From positions 65,100,001 through 65,164,000 of the forward strand of contig OX597826.1 of NCBI GenBank assembly GCA_951406725.2: a stretch of DNA of 64,000 bases. The letters are read 5' to 3'. The stretch comes from Octopus vulgaris. Its lineage: Eukaryota. The notes beneath the pieces were generated by a model. It searched no databases. It was not told the origin of the DNA and worked only from the letters and a program-made list of their open reading frames with translations. Shown here piece after piece: positions 41,130 through 55,311 of the stretch; the first letter of the stretch is position 1, and the number at the start of each line of letters is the position of its first letter. The translations under genes and the position numbers were made by a program.

Positions 41130-42085
41130 TATCATCCCACCTCCTGTTTTGAGTTTTTTTTTTACTTAGACATTTAATGTTTTTTGTTTGGCATCCACTT
41201 TCAGGAACTCCATACATTTTCTTTTTCTTACACTTGTGCATCTGGGTTCAATCACCTGTAGTGGCATTGGTACTTGAAAAGTATCATATAACCATTCCAT
41301 TGGTTTTTCCATTTTCTTGGGTTCGCTCTCAACAAATCTTTTTTTCAGTTGGTTCATGTATCTTGTATATACCTTGTCTACTTTTTACCTAGTATAGCAT
41401 TTTTCCTATGCATTTGGTAATCACACCATCTTCCCAACTCTGTTTTCCATTCTTATATGCCCTCATAAATATCTTTTCACCAATTTTGAAAAATCTTACT
41501 GTATTTCCCATTGCAATTTTTTTTTTTGCCAGGTAGCTATTTGTCAAAGACTGATTTTACTTTCCTCACAAACATCAGCTCCACTGGTGACATACCTGCT
41601 GGTGTATTTGGATTTGGTGTCACATGGTAAACTCTTAAGGATTGTTGTAGAGCTACCTCATCCATGACTTCCATATTTGACTTTCTTTGGGCTCTCTTGA
41701 TTGTATCAACAAAGCATTCTGCCTGTCCATTAGATCTGGGATAGTATGGAGCCATAGTTACATGTTCTACACTGAACATTTTACAAAACTTTTTGAATTC
41801 AAAAGACACAAATTGCATTCCATTGTCAAACATTATTGCATCTGGAATGCCAAATCTGTCAAACAGCTTATGTAAAAAATTTATCTTATTTGAGGAGGCT
41901 GGTTTTTAACACTTAAAAAATTTCTGGCCATTTAAAGAAACTATCTACTACCACTAAGAACCACTTAAAGGACCAGCAATACTGATGTGTAGTGTCGACC
42001 ATGGAACATTTACATTTGGCCAAGGTTCACTTTTTATCACAGGTAATTTTGCCACTAGAGCACATCCTCTATAGTCTTTCACAAA
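41130..42085 (-). mobile_element. Gypsy/Ty3 LTR-retrotransposon integrase remnant
   Basis: DNGMQFVSFEFKKFCK...TMAPYYPRSNGQAECFVDTIKR is an integrase DDE core, preceded by a degenerate zinc-finger end and VVVDSFxKWPE. No LTRs seen. Confidence 0.85.
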
Positions 42086-42569
42086 ATTTTCGATTTCTCT
42101 ATCCATTTTTGGTCAGTACACATAGCTTGTTGGAAAACAGTAAAAGGAGGAACAAAAAGCAGCAATAAATCAAGTAAAGGAAGACAGTAGTGACAGACAA
42201 AAGTGCATGCACAACATAAAACACAAAACGTCAAAAAAGTGCATAGTAAAAGATCCATAGAGAGGAAAGGGTGCAGAGGCATGTTAAAAGTAGTGTTTGA
42301 GAATTTCAGGAAGCCTGAAATTTTTGAAGGATGTAGTGTCCTGTAGTTTAACAACAACTGGATAATTTATTCCATATTTCAATAATTCTGTGAGAAAAAT
42401 TAAATGCTCCTGAAAGTCATGAGTACTGCATTGTTTTTTGATTTTATAATAATGTTCATGGGTTGTAGAGATATTTGATTCAAAAAGGTAACTGAAGTTG
42501 TTGGAAAGAAGAATTTAATAAAAAAAAAAAAAAACATTAACACAAACTGGAAGTAGTAGACAAATTTTT

Positions 42570-44921
42570 AATTCAAGCAACTTTATTTTTAATTCAAAAC
42601 AGATTCGAAATTAATTTTGATAATTAACAATTCTTTTTTTTAACATTCAATACAAAATGATATCATACAACCAACAAAATATTAAAAAATAAAGTAGAAA
42701 TTTTGGCAGTTTAGAACAATGTAACTCCATTGTGTAAACAGGAATTAATTGACAAAGGAAAAATAATACTGATTGTATTCAGTTATATAATTAATCTCAT
42801 CAATATTGTAAGCAATTATTGAATAATATGGAACTAAAAGACACAAAAAAAAATATATGTATGTATATATATACATAAACACTGTGCTAGCTCTTTTTCA
42901 TTGGACTGACTAGAATAAAGCATAAACATGAATCGAATAAATATGCATAAAAAGGGAAATTTTAAAATCACAATTTTATTGGCATATTAAGGTGAAACCA
43001 TGAGCATAGTAAGCAATCCATTGAGGTTATACATAGACAATACAAAGCTACATACAAGGCACCTATTAATGCTTGAGAATCACATTAAATAGGCATATTG
43101 ACAAACTTAAAAGGCTCAAAGTTTTTTCAGTAAAGCCACTGTATATTTTTCATGCCTTCAAAAGTAAACTTTTGGGCATCATTTATTCAAGTAATCAGAG
43201 GAAGATTATGTCTGCCACTGGTCATGTAAGTTTTAGAATGTGTTTATATGATAAGAATACAAAAAGTTGAATTTCTTTTTTTACTTTTCTTCATCAAAAA
43301 TAGAATAACATTTGAGTATATAAGTTAGAGAGAATATAAATTTAAATGAAAATTAATTTAGAAAACACAAAATAAACAACAACAAAAAGAGATTGGTTTT
43401 TGATTTCTTTTCTTCTTTGAAATAATGAATTCTGAAATTAAAAGTAATCTATTTGACTAGCTTTCTCAAGGTGAAAAACAAAAAACAAAAAAACAAAATA
43501 TTAAATAAATAAAACTCAAACGATTAAAAAAAAAATACAAATAGTAGTATAATAGTAATTAAACTACAATTCTACTATTTGAAAAAAATATTTAAAGATA
43601 TATTTGGTAGTTTGAATCGCCATGATCTTTTTCGATTTGTTTGGGGTTTTTTTGTTCTTTTTATTCATATTATGGTTCAGATGATTTCACTGAGTCAAGT
43701 CCCTGGATATTTCCCCTAAGTTGGTTATAACTTTAGCTATCACTATTGATCATTAACAACATCTATTACAATCATCATTACTATATGACTATATATAGTA
43801 GCAGAACCTCAGACAGAAATTTGGCAAGGTGGAAGAAGACTGCTTTGGGCCCCAGACAAGGTGAGGAAGAGAGGGGATATTTTCAAAATTCAAGGAAGCT
43901 GTGAATTTTTTTTTTTTAAGGGAAAGGCTCAGCAGGCCCCTCCTTGGTTCTCCAAGCCCCAAACCAAAGTACAGGCTGAAGCCCAACCCCTGATAGGACT
44001 AGAATAGTATCATAATTTTGTTGTCAGAACCTGACATCCATAATTCTTATCTCATTTACATACAGCTCATTCATTGGATTCAAATTAAGCATGTGACAAA
44101 TTACAATCGTTCTCATTCTTTCCTTTATTGAAGATCAACAATTTTTATAGGAATTTTTTACTTTGAAATTATGTTTTTAAAATAAGAAAAAAAAAAAAAA
44201 AAGATAGAAATCTATAGTCAACAAATGTAAAAATTTACTCAATCTCATTTAAATTCTTACTGCAAAAAAAATTTTTTTTATATTCATCCACTGGTTATAA
44301 ATCTACCATCCTTATGTATATCACAAAAATGTTTCAAACAAATTCTTTGGTTAACTTCAGGTCCTCACTAGTATAACATGCGGCCCACACAGTAATGCAT
44401 CACATCCAGATATCAATATTAAGCATTATTCCAGTAAATAAGATGGTTGGATGTTGCATTTCATCCATATGCATTAGATACCATAACTTCTACAATGTGT
44501 AGGCGAAGTCACCAGTGCATGCCAGAAAAAGACAACTTGTTGAGTCAACAGACTAATGTTTAGCTCACACGAACTCTTACACCTAATGACATTACATGCA
44601 CTTCCATTTTTACTTTTATACATTTCTGAATGTCACTCCATGCTTTAGTGGGTAAAGTGGAATGTGCTGTCCAAAATATAGCATATTATCAAGTTTTGGC
44701 AAGCTGATGGGACAGTGCTGGTCAACTGGAAGCGTCATGGATTCAGTTTTCTACTGTGCTCCCATAATTCAAGATTGGTGTAAAAATTCCTCATAAACTA
44801 AAATATTAAGAAAAAAAGTATCTACATCCCATAACTATGGTTCTTTAAATATAAAGTTACGAGATACCTGATATGATTTACATATCCACAGCAAGTTTTG
44901 TGTGTCCTATGATTCCACTGT
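42570..44921 (-). other. Putative non-coding terminal exon / distal 3'UTR, probably of Rab30
   Basis: Strong acceptor (long T tract then CTGCAG, AG at 44923-44922), a U-rich and largely SINE-free body, and minus-strand AATAAA at 42587-42582. Confidence 0.45.
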
Positions 44922-47900
44922 CTGCAGAAAAAAAAACACAAAACCAAAAATATTAATAATAAAAACATTCAACAGTTTCTAGAGCTTCAGTGGAAACAGT
45001 ATCCAGAAATATAAACTGAAATTTTTTTTTCTGAATATAACAAAAAAAAAAAAAAAAAAACAAATGATTGAATCATATTTCATAGAAAAGACAATTCAAT
45101 GCAAATTTTTAATTGTACATCATTTTATTTCACAGCTGTTAAACAGCATGCATTTGTTATGTCTACTGATCTTATTTTTGGTTCGTTAATTCAAATAAAA
45201 AGGAATGTACTGAAATTACTATCACAAAAACTTGACGATTCAAACATTTTCTGCCTATAAATACACATACATACATATAATGAGAATAGCTACACACATG
45301 CATGAAAAAGAGACAGATTAATAAGATTCAATCCTTATTGAAAAAAAGCTTGAATTTATTTCTTAGCCTACACAGCAATCATTATCATGTTGCATACTAT
45401 AGACACCAGTGCACACACACACACATGCATATATATATATACCCACAATGTCTAGTTATACACACACTGGTGTTTTACTTGAACAGCTGCAGGAAAAACA
45501 TTGGCAGGGAGCAATTTCAAATGGGCAATATTCAGACAGGGGAATGACTAGTTGAATGGGAGAGATCACAACATGGGTAAAAAGGGGAGGGGGTGACCAG
45601 GAGTTAAAGGAAGTATGGGACCAGCCATGTCTGAGGTGGAGAAGCCACTTAGTAGCAATTGCAGAAGGGCAAAGTGAGGAGACAGTATGTCTGTAGTCCA
45701 CAGATTGGAGTGTGTTGGACTTTTACACACACATACACACAACATTTATTCAAACTTCAGTTATCACATCATTACTCTAAGTTTCTTGTTCATGTTCCTC
45801 AGGCAACTGAGGAATGGAAATGAGAAACTACAAATAGTGACTAACACCCACTCAAACTAACATTATTCCACTCTACTAAACAGAAATGAAAACTACTTCC
45901 ACTTCAATACAAATTACTTCAGAGTGAATCTTTAATCATATATATCATTATGATGATATTCATCATCATCATCATTATGTTTACGGTTGCTTTCTTCTAT
46001 GCTAAGAGAAAGACGAGGCTTCTTAAAGTAATATTCTATGGTCAGATGCCTTTCCTGATGCTAACCCTTACTTTTTTTCCAAGTAAAGTGCTTTGTGGTC
46101 TCCATATGTTAAACCATTGAGTTGTTAATGCTGGACATAAAAAAACACCACCACTAATCAAAGAACATCAATGTAAATACAGGTAGAGAAAAGCACACAA
46201 ACCTTTACATCCTCATCCTTTAACATCTGTTTTCTATGCAGACACAAGTTAGACAGTTTGACAGGATCCAGCTAGCTGCAGCACTGTATAATGTTCCAGT
46301 GTTATTGTCCAAATTTTACTTACAAAACATTAGTCAAACTAAGGCTATAATAGAAGACACTTGCCAAAGGTACCATGAGCTCAAAACCATACATGTATGA
46401 AGTGAACTTGCTTACCACACAGCTATGTTAATGTATATTCTTACTGACAGCCATGTGTGTGTGTATATATACACACACACACACGCAGACACAGTGGAAT
46501 GTTTTAATCAAGGCTTCTACAAAACATAAGCACATCTGAGTCTGATGTAGTTAAACTAAAATAGAAAAACCTGTAGAGGTTATAGAAGTCAGGTGGTCAG
46601 TGATAAATATGAAAATACAAAATGAATTCAGTGAGAGAGAGAGAGAAACGAAGAATGAAAAATTATGCTTCAGAGCCTATGGCTGATAGTCTGTACCCAT
46701 ACATATAGAACTTAGTATGTGACCAAATGTTTGGGTAGTAACCTTCAAACACTATAAGTCCCAGACAAATAATAATAATAATAATCCTTTCTACTCTAGG
46801 CACAACGCCTGAAATTTTGAGGAGGGGATTGTCGATTACATTGACCCCAGAGTTTCACTGGTACTTAATTTATCGACCCTGAAAGGATGAAAGGCAAAGT
46901 TGACCTCGGTGGAATTTAAACTCAACATAAAGACAGACAAAATACCACTAATATAATAATAATCATAATAAACTTCAATCTATGAGCAGGTTAGTAAATA
47001 CAGGTAAGTCATTACTTGAAGTTCAACATGTTAATTTACAGGAATATTGTTGCCTAAATACCAAATAGGTTACCTTAAAGAATAGCCTACATTATTGGAG
47101 AGGTTCCAAAAATATAAAGAAATAAATACACATAAACTCACACAGAACATATACATATAAAAAGTACACATGTACATACACACATCAAAAGATATGTGTG
47201 CGCATGTGTGTGTGTGTGGCTGCATAGACTTGTATGTACTTAAACAAAGAGGCTTAGAGAGAGGAGAGAGAAAGAGAGCAAAACCATAATGAGAGCTCTG
47301 TTGGTGCTACTGAAAAATTGAAGTGCATTAAATAAATTTTCTATGAATTGTCTGTTTGATGAAATGAGATTTCAACATTTGTACATTTAATAATATTCAG
47401 CCAAATGCTTTTGAAGATATTTCTTACAACCAACTGTTATACAGCATGAAAGCAGGAAGCAGAGTTTACATTTAGAAAAGTAGCTATGACTCTGTGTAAT
47501 TGATATTAGTATTATTTCAGTTTTGATTAGCTTTTAAATGAAAATATTTTACTGACTTGAAGCAAAATCTTATCAGTAGTGCTATATATATATGAGAAAG
47601 AGGGAGAGGTATTTTGCATCAGAATTTCTATACTGGCATAAGTGAGACATTTTCAGTTGCTGTTGTTGTCCAAGAATATACACTTATACAGCCGGATGCT
47701 CTTCCTACTCTTAACCAGTGAATCCTGAGGTAGAAACTGTTAATGGCTAGTTGCTGTAGAAAGATCTGAATGAAAAACCATCTGGTTAATAGTCCAGCAA
47801 CTTAGCCACAAACATTGTGTGCCATTTTAACCATTTTAACATTTTGATTCCAGTGTATGCTGTTTATAAATTACAAATAGCTTGTTCATCTCTTCCATTG

Positions 47901-49704
47901 CTAAATGTACAAAAAATTAAAGAAAGAGAAAAAGCTGAAAAAGAAAACATTGTGGAATGCATTTATTTTCATTTTGAATTTGTACTCTTGTTTGACTTTT
48001 AATTCTTGCTAATTTACAATTTCATTTTTATATATTTGACTTAGAAAGGAAAAAAGTAAATCATTTTGAAAAATAAATAAATAAAATTTAAGAATATCTA
48101 ATAATGGATTTCTTATTTGGTACCAAGCCATAAATTCGTAAATAATTTAATCCTCACATGACTGTATTTCTCATGAAATACACAGCCCACGTTTCAACTA
48201 ATTGGAAAAACCATCTAGAATTTAGCAAAAGGAATTTTATCACGTTTCCAATATTAAGATAATTTTTGGAACATAGCATAACAAATGTTTCTAACTTAAA
48301 ATTATGATGGAAGGATCTTTTTTATATAATTAATTCAAATATGAACATTTTGGAATTAGATAATTTGAATCATAAAATCAGAGGCAATTCCAGGCCAGTT
48401 AGTATGAAAAGGGATTAATTCTCTCAACAATACATTACTGGTACTTGGCTTATTGATTCCCAGAGGTATGAAAGGCAAAGTCAATCCCAGAATATAAAGG
48501 GATGTAACTAAATACAAGGTATTTAGTTGAGTCATGGAATTTTTTAAAAATAAAACAGGTGAATTGTGATCTTTCAGACAGAGCCAGTCTTTGAATTTTA
48601 TTAAGGGTTTTTTTTCCCCCTAATGCAGACCATCACTACTTTCCTCAAACTTTATATTTTTGTTTTATTATTATTTCAGTACTTTACTATTTCTGCCACT
48701 CTATGGCCTTTAAGACTTCTAAATTATTAACAGAAAAAAAAAACAACTGTTATTTTAAAAACTCATTATAAATTAAGAGTAAATTATTACATTTTTTTGC
48801 TCATAACAAATTTTTCATCCGGTGCCTATTTTTCCATTATGACAAAGTAGTCAGGTCTACAAATCCAACTGTTTATGTGCATGATTACTTTAGAGAAAAC
48901 TTTTTTTTTTGCATGTCTGGTTGCTCTCCTTAATATCTAGCTATTGTGTCATATAATGAGAGCAATACACACTTTCATGCTAGCTAGTCATATGCATTTC
49001 CAAGTTTACAACACAAATATTTGAACTCACGACCAATAGTTCAGTAACCACTTACCACAATCCTTCTGTCGTTATTTCACACTGTCAAAATATAACAATC
49101 TATATTAATGATAGAAATTTTTCATGAGTTATACAAGAACTTTTAAATGAAGCAACATCATTTAGTTTTTATCAACTATTTCTAAATTGTTATACATGCC
49201 AGCTTCCTATTGTTAGGTGTAGATATTCAAAAGAATCATATAAATAATATTTAGTAGTAGGAGATACAAAATAACTTAGTACCTTTAGATACTAAACTGA
49301 AAATAGCACTAATGTGGTATATGAGTATGTTTGTGTATATCTGTATATCTATATATATAGCAGATGTGTTTTTTTCATTATGTTGTTACTAAAATGTGAA
49401 GCAAATAATGCCAATGCAATTTCAGTAATAGGTTGCTGGCAAGATATCACAGTGGAAAAAAAAAAACAGCTTTAGTAAGGAGTTATTATATTACAGCTAA
49501 GAAATATATTTCACTCCAGATTACATATATCAAAAGAAGGGCAAACAGACATCCCTGCAGAAATCCTCATCTAAACAGGATTTTTAGGTGAGGAAATAAC
49601 ATAAAAAGGACATTGTAAATGATAATTAGGGAACATAAAAAACAAATCTTATTGGGTCTAATAGAACTGATGGATTGAGGAGGTTTCAGAACAATATATA
49701 AAAT

Positions 49705-49955
49705 TTAAGCTTGACAACAACTGTAGCTAGATACTGGAGTTGTCTCCCCAGAGGGAAACGCTTTGTTATTATGAGGCCGAAGTTCATGAGCTTTAGCTTG
49801 TTTCGTCAGTTCTCGTGCAATATCAAAAAATAACTTTTCAACATTGTCAGCTTCTTTTGCTGATGTTTCCAAGAAAGTCATCTCGTAACGATTTGCAAAT
49901 TGTTCTCCTATTGTAGTAGGTATTTCTCTGCGATTTATCTGATCAATTTTGTTAC
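49705..49955 (-). CDS. RAB30: Rab30 last coding exon (251 nt incl. stop): (G)NKIDQINRREIPTTIGEQFANRYEMTFLETSAKEADNVEKLFFDIARELTKQAKAHELRPHNNKAFPSGETTPVSSYSCCQA*
   Basis: Acceptor tttgtag with phase 1 matching the upstream exon. Contains G4 NKID, G5 ETSAK, a C-terminal CCxx prenylation motif, and TAA at 49707-49705. Confidence 0.95.
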
Positions 49956-51302
49956 CTACAAAGAAAAAGGAAAAGAAAAAACAAAAAAATCAACTCTTAT
50001 ACAATAAAGATATTTTCTTAAATTTAGTAGCATAAAAAATATTTCATAAGCAATATTAAATACACAAGACATTCTTGAGCTGCCAACATTTAATTCAATA
50101 GGGTGCTAAGAGCACCATCCGAGCGTGATCGTTGCCAGAGTAGCTATCTGGCCTCCATGCCGGTGGCACGTAAAAGACACCATTCGAGCGTGATTGTTAC
50201 CAGTATCACCTTACTGGTACCTGTGCCGGTGGCATGTGTAAAAGATTCAAGCAAGGTCGTTGCCAGGCATGGAAAGTGGACGTTAAACGATGACGATGAA
50301 TTGTAATACCAAATCATTATCTGCAGCCACTTCTGACTGGTCCCGTGCCAGTGGCACGTAAAAGCACCCACTACACTCTCGGAGTGGTTGGCGTTAGGAA
50401 AGGCATCCAGCTGTAGAAACTCTGCCAGATCAAGACTGAAGCCAGGTGCAGCCATCTGGTTCGCCAGCCCTCAGTCAAATCGTCCAACCCATGCTAGCAT
50501 GGAAAGCAGACGTTAAACGATGATGATGATGCCTTGTAATACCAAATCCTTATCTGCAACCACTTCTTTATCTCTTGTTTGTTTCATTGTTTAACGTCCA
50601 CTTTTTCATGCTTGCATGGGTTGGACAGAGTCTATTGAGATTTTCAATGGCCAGATATGCTTTTACAGAATATTGGAAATGAATTACACTCATGTATGAC
50701 AACTCTGACACAGTATCAAGACAACAAGACATGCACATGCACACATGTACACACAACCTCCAAATCCTTTTGAACTTCCTCAACAAAAAATAGTCTAGTC
50801 ATTCAGATGAATTAATCATTTTATGCTAAATTTTTATAGCAACAAATATATTTTATCAATCAGGACAAACATCCCGGAACATTGTATTTGGCATAAAAAT
50901 GTTTCTTTTCCAATTCTCTTTTAACAATTAAAAAAATGAATAAATAAGTCAGGGCTGTATTGGTGTTTTCCTACCATCTATTTTGTTAAAGAATTGGAAG
51001 AAATATTTAATATGTTCACATTTCTGAAGAAATACAGTTCTAAATTTTAGTGGCTCTGGCAAATATTTAAGAATTTTAAAGCATTTAGTAAAATACCTAT
51101 ATTTTTACTAAATGCCACTATTAGCAACATAGAAAAAAAATATTCTCACACCAAATTCAATTTTATTATGCAAGCACAGGGACAGCTGCATGATTTAGAA
51201 GTTCACTTTGCAAGTGCCTTCTACTATAGCACTGAACTGACCAATGCTTTGTGAGTAGAATTGGCAGATCCATCTGCCAATGGAAATGTATGGAAGCCTG
51301 TT

Positions 51303-51356
<54 letters not shown>

Positions 51357-52393
51357 TCATCATCATTGTTTAACGTCCGCTTTCCATGCTGGCATGGGTT
51401 GGACAGTTTGACTGTGGACTGGTGAGCCAGATGGCTGCACCAGGCTCCAATCTGATCTGGCAGAGTTTCTACAGCTGGATATATATAGATATATATACAT
51501 ACATACACACACACACACAGATAGACAGACAAATATAGATATATTAAATACAACAAATTTTTTATTCATTAAGATTATCACTCCTCCAGAGGATGTATCA
51601 TTATTACCAAATGGCAATTAAGACAAGTTTCATTTGAGAAACAGACAATTTCCAGATTCAAGAATTCTCCAAAATTTCCATGTCCTTAAAGAAAAGGACA
51701 GGTTTATTGTTTGGAAATAAGAGGACAGTTGTAGACATGTATTTCTGATTTTGATAGGCATCATCAGCATGACAGTCGTCCTATTCTATCTCCAGTAACC
51801 AAGGGACTTATACAAAATGAGTAGAAAATATATATTTATGTGAGCACACAGGCACACACATTTAAGGAACATTTTAATCTACACAATTTTAAAGCTGAAA
51901 GTTTGTATCACAGAACCAGCAGCAGTTTCAGGTGGGTTGGTATCAAAAGCATTAAAGAGTGATTTGGAACAATTTAATCATCTGAGAGCAATGACTGCTT
52001 CTAGACATAACAGTGCTTGAATTTATATTTAATATACACATTGTTAGTTTTAAGCTAATGCTATTCCAAATACTGATAGAATTTCATATATTCCACCAAA
52101 CATTTTAAGGTTTCATATTGATACATTTGGTTCAGCTTGAATTTTGCAAGAAAGTCTAGTTGATTGTTTTCCTAGTTCTCTGGACATTGAAGACTTTCAC
52201 TGATAGTAATGTTTGGCTATAACTTCAGGCTCCTTGGTTAAAGCTTTTTCTGTAACTTCTTGGTTCATACTTTAATGAATATTAAATTACTAAAGTGCTA
52301 CCCGTCATATGACAGATAACTTTTGAAGTATACTCTTTGCCACCCTGGTTAATATCAGGAAGCATGGCATACATACAATAAAATATAATTTAA

Positions 52394-52615
52394 CCCTTTA
52401 GCATTCAAACCAGCCATATCCGGCCAAAATATTTAACCTGTTTTATATTGAAACTGACCAGATCTTGTCTCTTACCTCAGCCCTACCATGTCCATTCTAA
52501 AACTAAAATAATCACATCACTGAAATCTCTAAACTACAAGATAATGCAGGATTAATTCAAACCATTTTAAATAAACAAACATCACATTTGACAGAATAAC
52601 CTGAACACTAAAGGG
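52394..52615. mobile_element. piggyBac-like (TTAA) MITE
   Basis: TTAA-CCCTTTAG...CTAAAGGG-TTAA with an intact TTAA on both sides. Confidence 0.85.
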
Positions 52616-54881
52616 TTAAGTTTTATCAAATCACAGTATATTCATATTTTTCATCCTACTGGCTGTAGGGGGATGAAAGGCAAAGTTGACTAAGGCTGGT
52701 TAGGAATTAAGAACTGAAAAAAAAAAAAAAAAAAAAAAAAAAACTAACAGTACAACAAAACTAAATACTGCCGTGTATTCAGCTGTCTTATTCCCATTAC
52801 CATCAGTAATACTCCAACCAATAAAGGTCACTGGCTTTGCTCCACAATTTTCAGACTAATCAACACCTCACTTAAACCCTTCTTTCACATTTTTAGCCTG
52901 CCCTTTAATATGCTTAGTTATATTGTATAACTCACATTCCTTTCACTCAGCACTAGGTGGAATCCTAAATTCCACCCATGAACATTTTTTTTTTCCAGTC
53001 TTCTTCAACACAGCAACAACTGAATATAACCTCTCTGACACTTCCATAATAAAGAGAAACAAAGGTTACTTAGCAGCTGTGTCATAAATAAAGCAGTGAT
53101 TTCTTTGTAAACAAATCTGTAACATGAAAATTTAGATTAATATCTTTGTTGCTCACTCATTCAGAACTATATTGTGTATACTTTAATAGGATTATTATGA
53201 TAGTTTTACATTCTAAAATAAACTGATTCACTTTGACAATGTTGTTTGTTAAAAGTCCTCTTATCATCCAAAAATCCTGTCATCAAATATGTCACCTTTG
53301 ACTTCAATGCTGCTTATGAAGGCCATGTTTTTTTCAAGAACAGATTTCCCTTGTATGGAATAGCTTAATATAATTCTATTCTTTTAAATCAATTGATAAC
53401 TTTTTGTTAGCTTTTAGGACCATATGCAAAGAAACAATAGTTAACAATGAAGTTTTTGTACTGATGCTTAAACTAGATGTCATTTGTTGATTGAAGAACA
53501 TGTATTTTTTCAATGGTAGTATTGTTCTGTTAATGAGATTGCATATATAGAGTTAAAGAATTATAATTTAAAATGATAACAATCTCACAATTATGGCAGC
53601 GTCATTCTTGATTTCTATGTATGAAGGAACTATTATCAAAAATAAGATTAATGTGACAGACTATGATCAAAGTCTATGTGGATAATCAGAAAACATAGTC
53701 ATCACCACATCATCATATTTCATTTTGAAACTTTTACTAACAAATTCATAATCGTCTGTTTGTGGAGAGAAATCTCTATATAATAATCAATATAAATGTT
53801 GGTTGACTGGTTCATTTCTCCAGTCATGTTTTACAATGGAGAGAGAGGGAGCAAACAAGAAATGCAGAGAGGTGCAGGATGATTGGAGAGATAGAATCAT
53901 AGGTGGGGTGGAGAATGAGGAAGAGTGGGAGTAAATGACAGAAGTTATGGGAGGAGCTATACAAATGAGAAATTTGTTTTAATTTTATTTTAAGATAAAT
54001 ATTTTTGTTTGAACATTAGTATTGATTTCATCATTTTGTATAAGAAGCCAAAAATTTGATAAAAGTTAAATTATATTTTATTGTTATGTATGCCATGCTT
54101 CCTGATATTAGCCAGGGTGGCAAAATATATGCCTCAAAAGTTATGTCATATGTTAGGTGCACTTTAGTAAAGAATGAATCAAGCAGTTAAATAAAAAGCT
54201 TTGCCTAAGGAGCCTGAAGTTATAACCAAACCTTACTATCAGTAAGTGTCTTCAATGTCCAGTAGTACTAAGAAAATAATCTTCCCTAATTTAAATAAAG
54301 AATTATGCCAGATGCTCCTTGGAGAGTGCTATCAATGACTGAAAATGGCAAACTAACAAAATACAATGTACAATTCCAGTATACTAATTGCACCAATGTA
54401 ATTGACAGTATAAATAACCAGAAACTGAAGACTGTGTTTTACTTAAGTGGCTCAGTAGAAAATTGTTTTACATAAGAGAATTTAGTACTGAAAGTGAAAA
54501 CACAAACAAATCACTATATAAAACAAGTAAACAATTAATAGAATTGCTATCATTGCTGAGATGATAGATAAAATAAATGGTAAAATATATACTAACAAAA
54601 AAATAATAAATAATAAAAACATGGCCAAAGCAAGTAGCATATCTATAATGACTAATGAGAAATAAATTGTATAAGATTGATTAGATAATATGAACATAGT
54701 AGAGAGATTTAGGGTCACTGAGTTGAAAAAGTAAAAATGAAAAAGCCAGTATATTCAAGCTGTTAAAAATTACATATATGTATACACTCACACAACATCA
54801 TTTTAACATCTACTTTTCCATACTTAGATGAAATTCACTAAGGCAGATTTTCATCTGTTCCCAAGCAAGGTAATATTTCTT

Positions 54882-55311
54882 CAGTGGAATTCTGCCTTAA
54901 GCACACCATATAACCCCCTCATAATTTTTTTATTTTTTGGAAATTTCAGAGAATTTTTCCAAATTTGTGTTCTACATACAGGAAATCACATGATTATAAA
55001 AAGATTTTTTGTAACTTTATGAAATTGGCTTTAATGGAAGCAATAGACCATTAAATGTATTTATGAGGAGAAAGATATTCAAAAACAGATATTCAAACAA
55101 GGAGGGTATGAGGAGGTCATCATGAGATGTGTTAAAAATAACAGCTAAACAGTCCTTAAATCATGCAGCAATTTTTCTATTCTTAGTTTTTGCATAATCT
55201 TATGAATTCCTGAATGTAGAAGACAAATTCACAAAAAATTTTCTGAAAATTCCAATAAGTAAAAAAAAGTTATGAGTGTTTACAGGGTGTACTTAAAGCA
55301 GAATTCTGCTG
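54882..55311. mobile_element. MITE with ~45-bp terminal inverted repeats, superfamily unassigned
   Basis: CAGTGGAATTCTGCCTTAAGCACACC...CTCATAATTTTT versus AAAAAGTTATGAG...GGTGTACTTAAAGCAGAATTCTGCTG. Confidence 0.7.
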
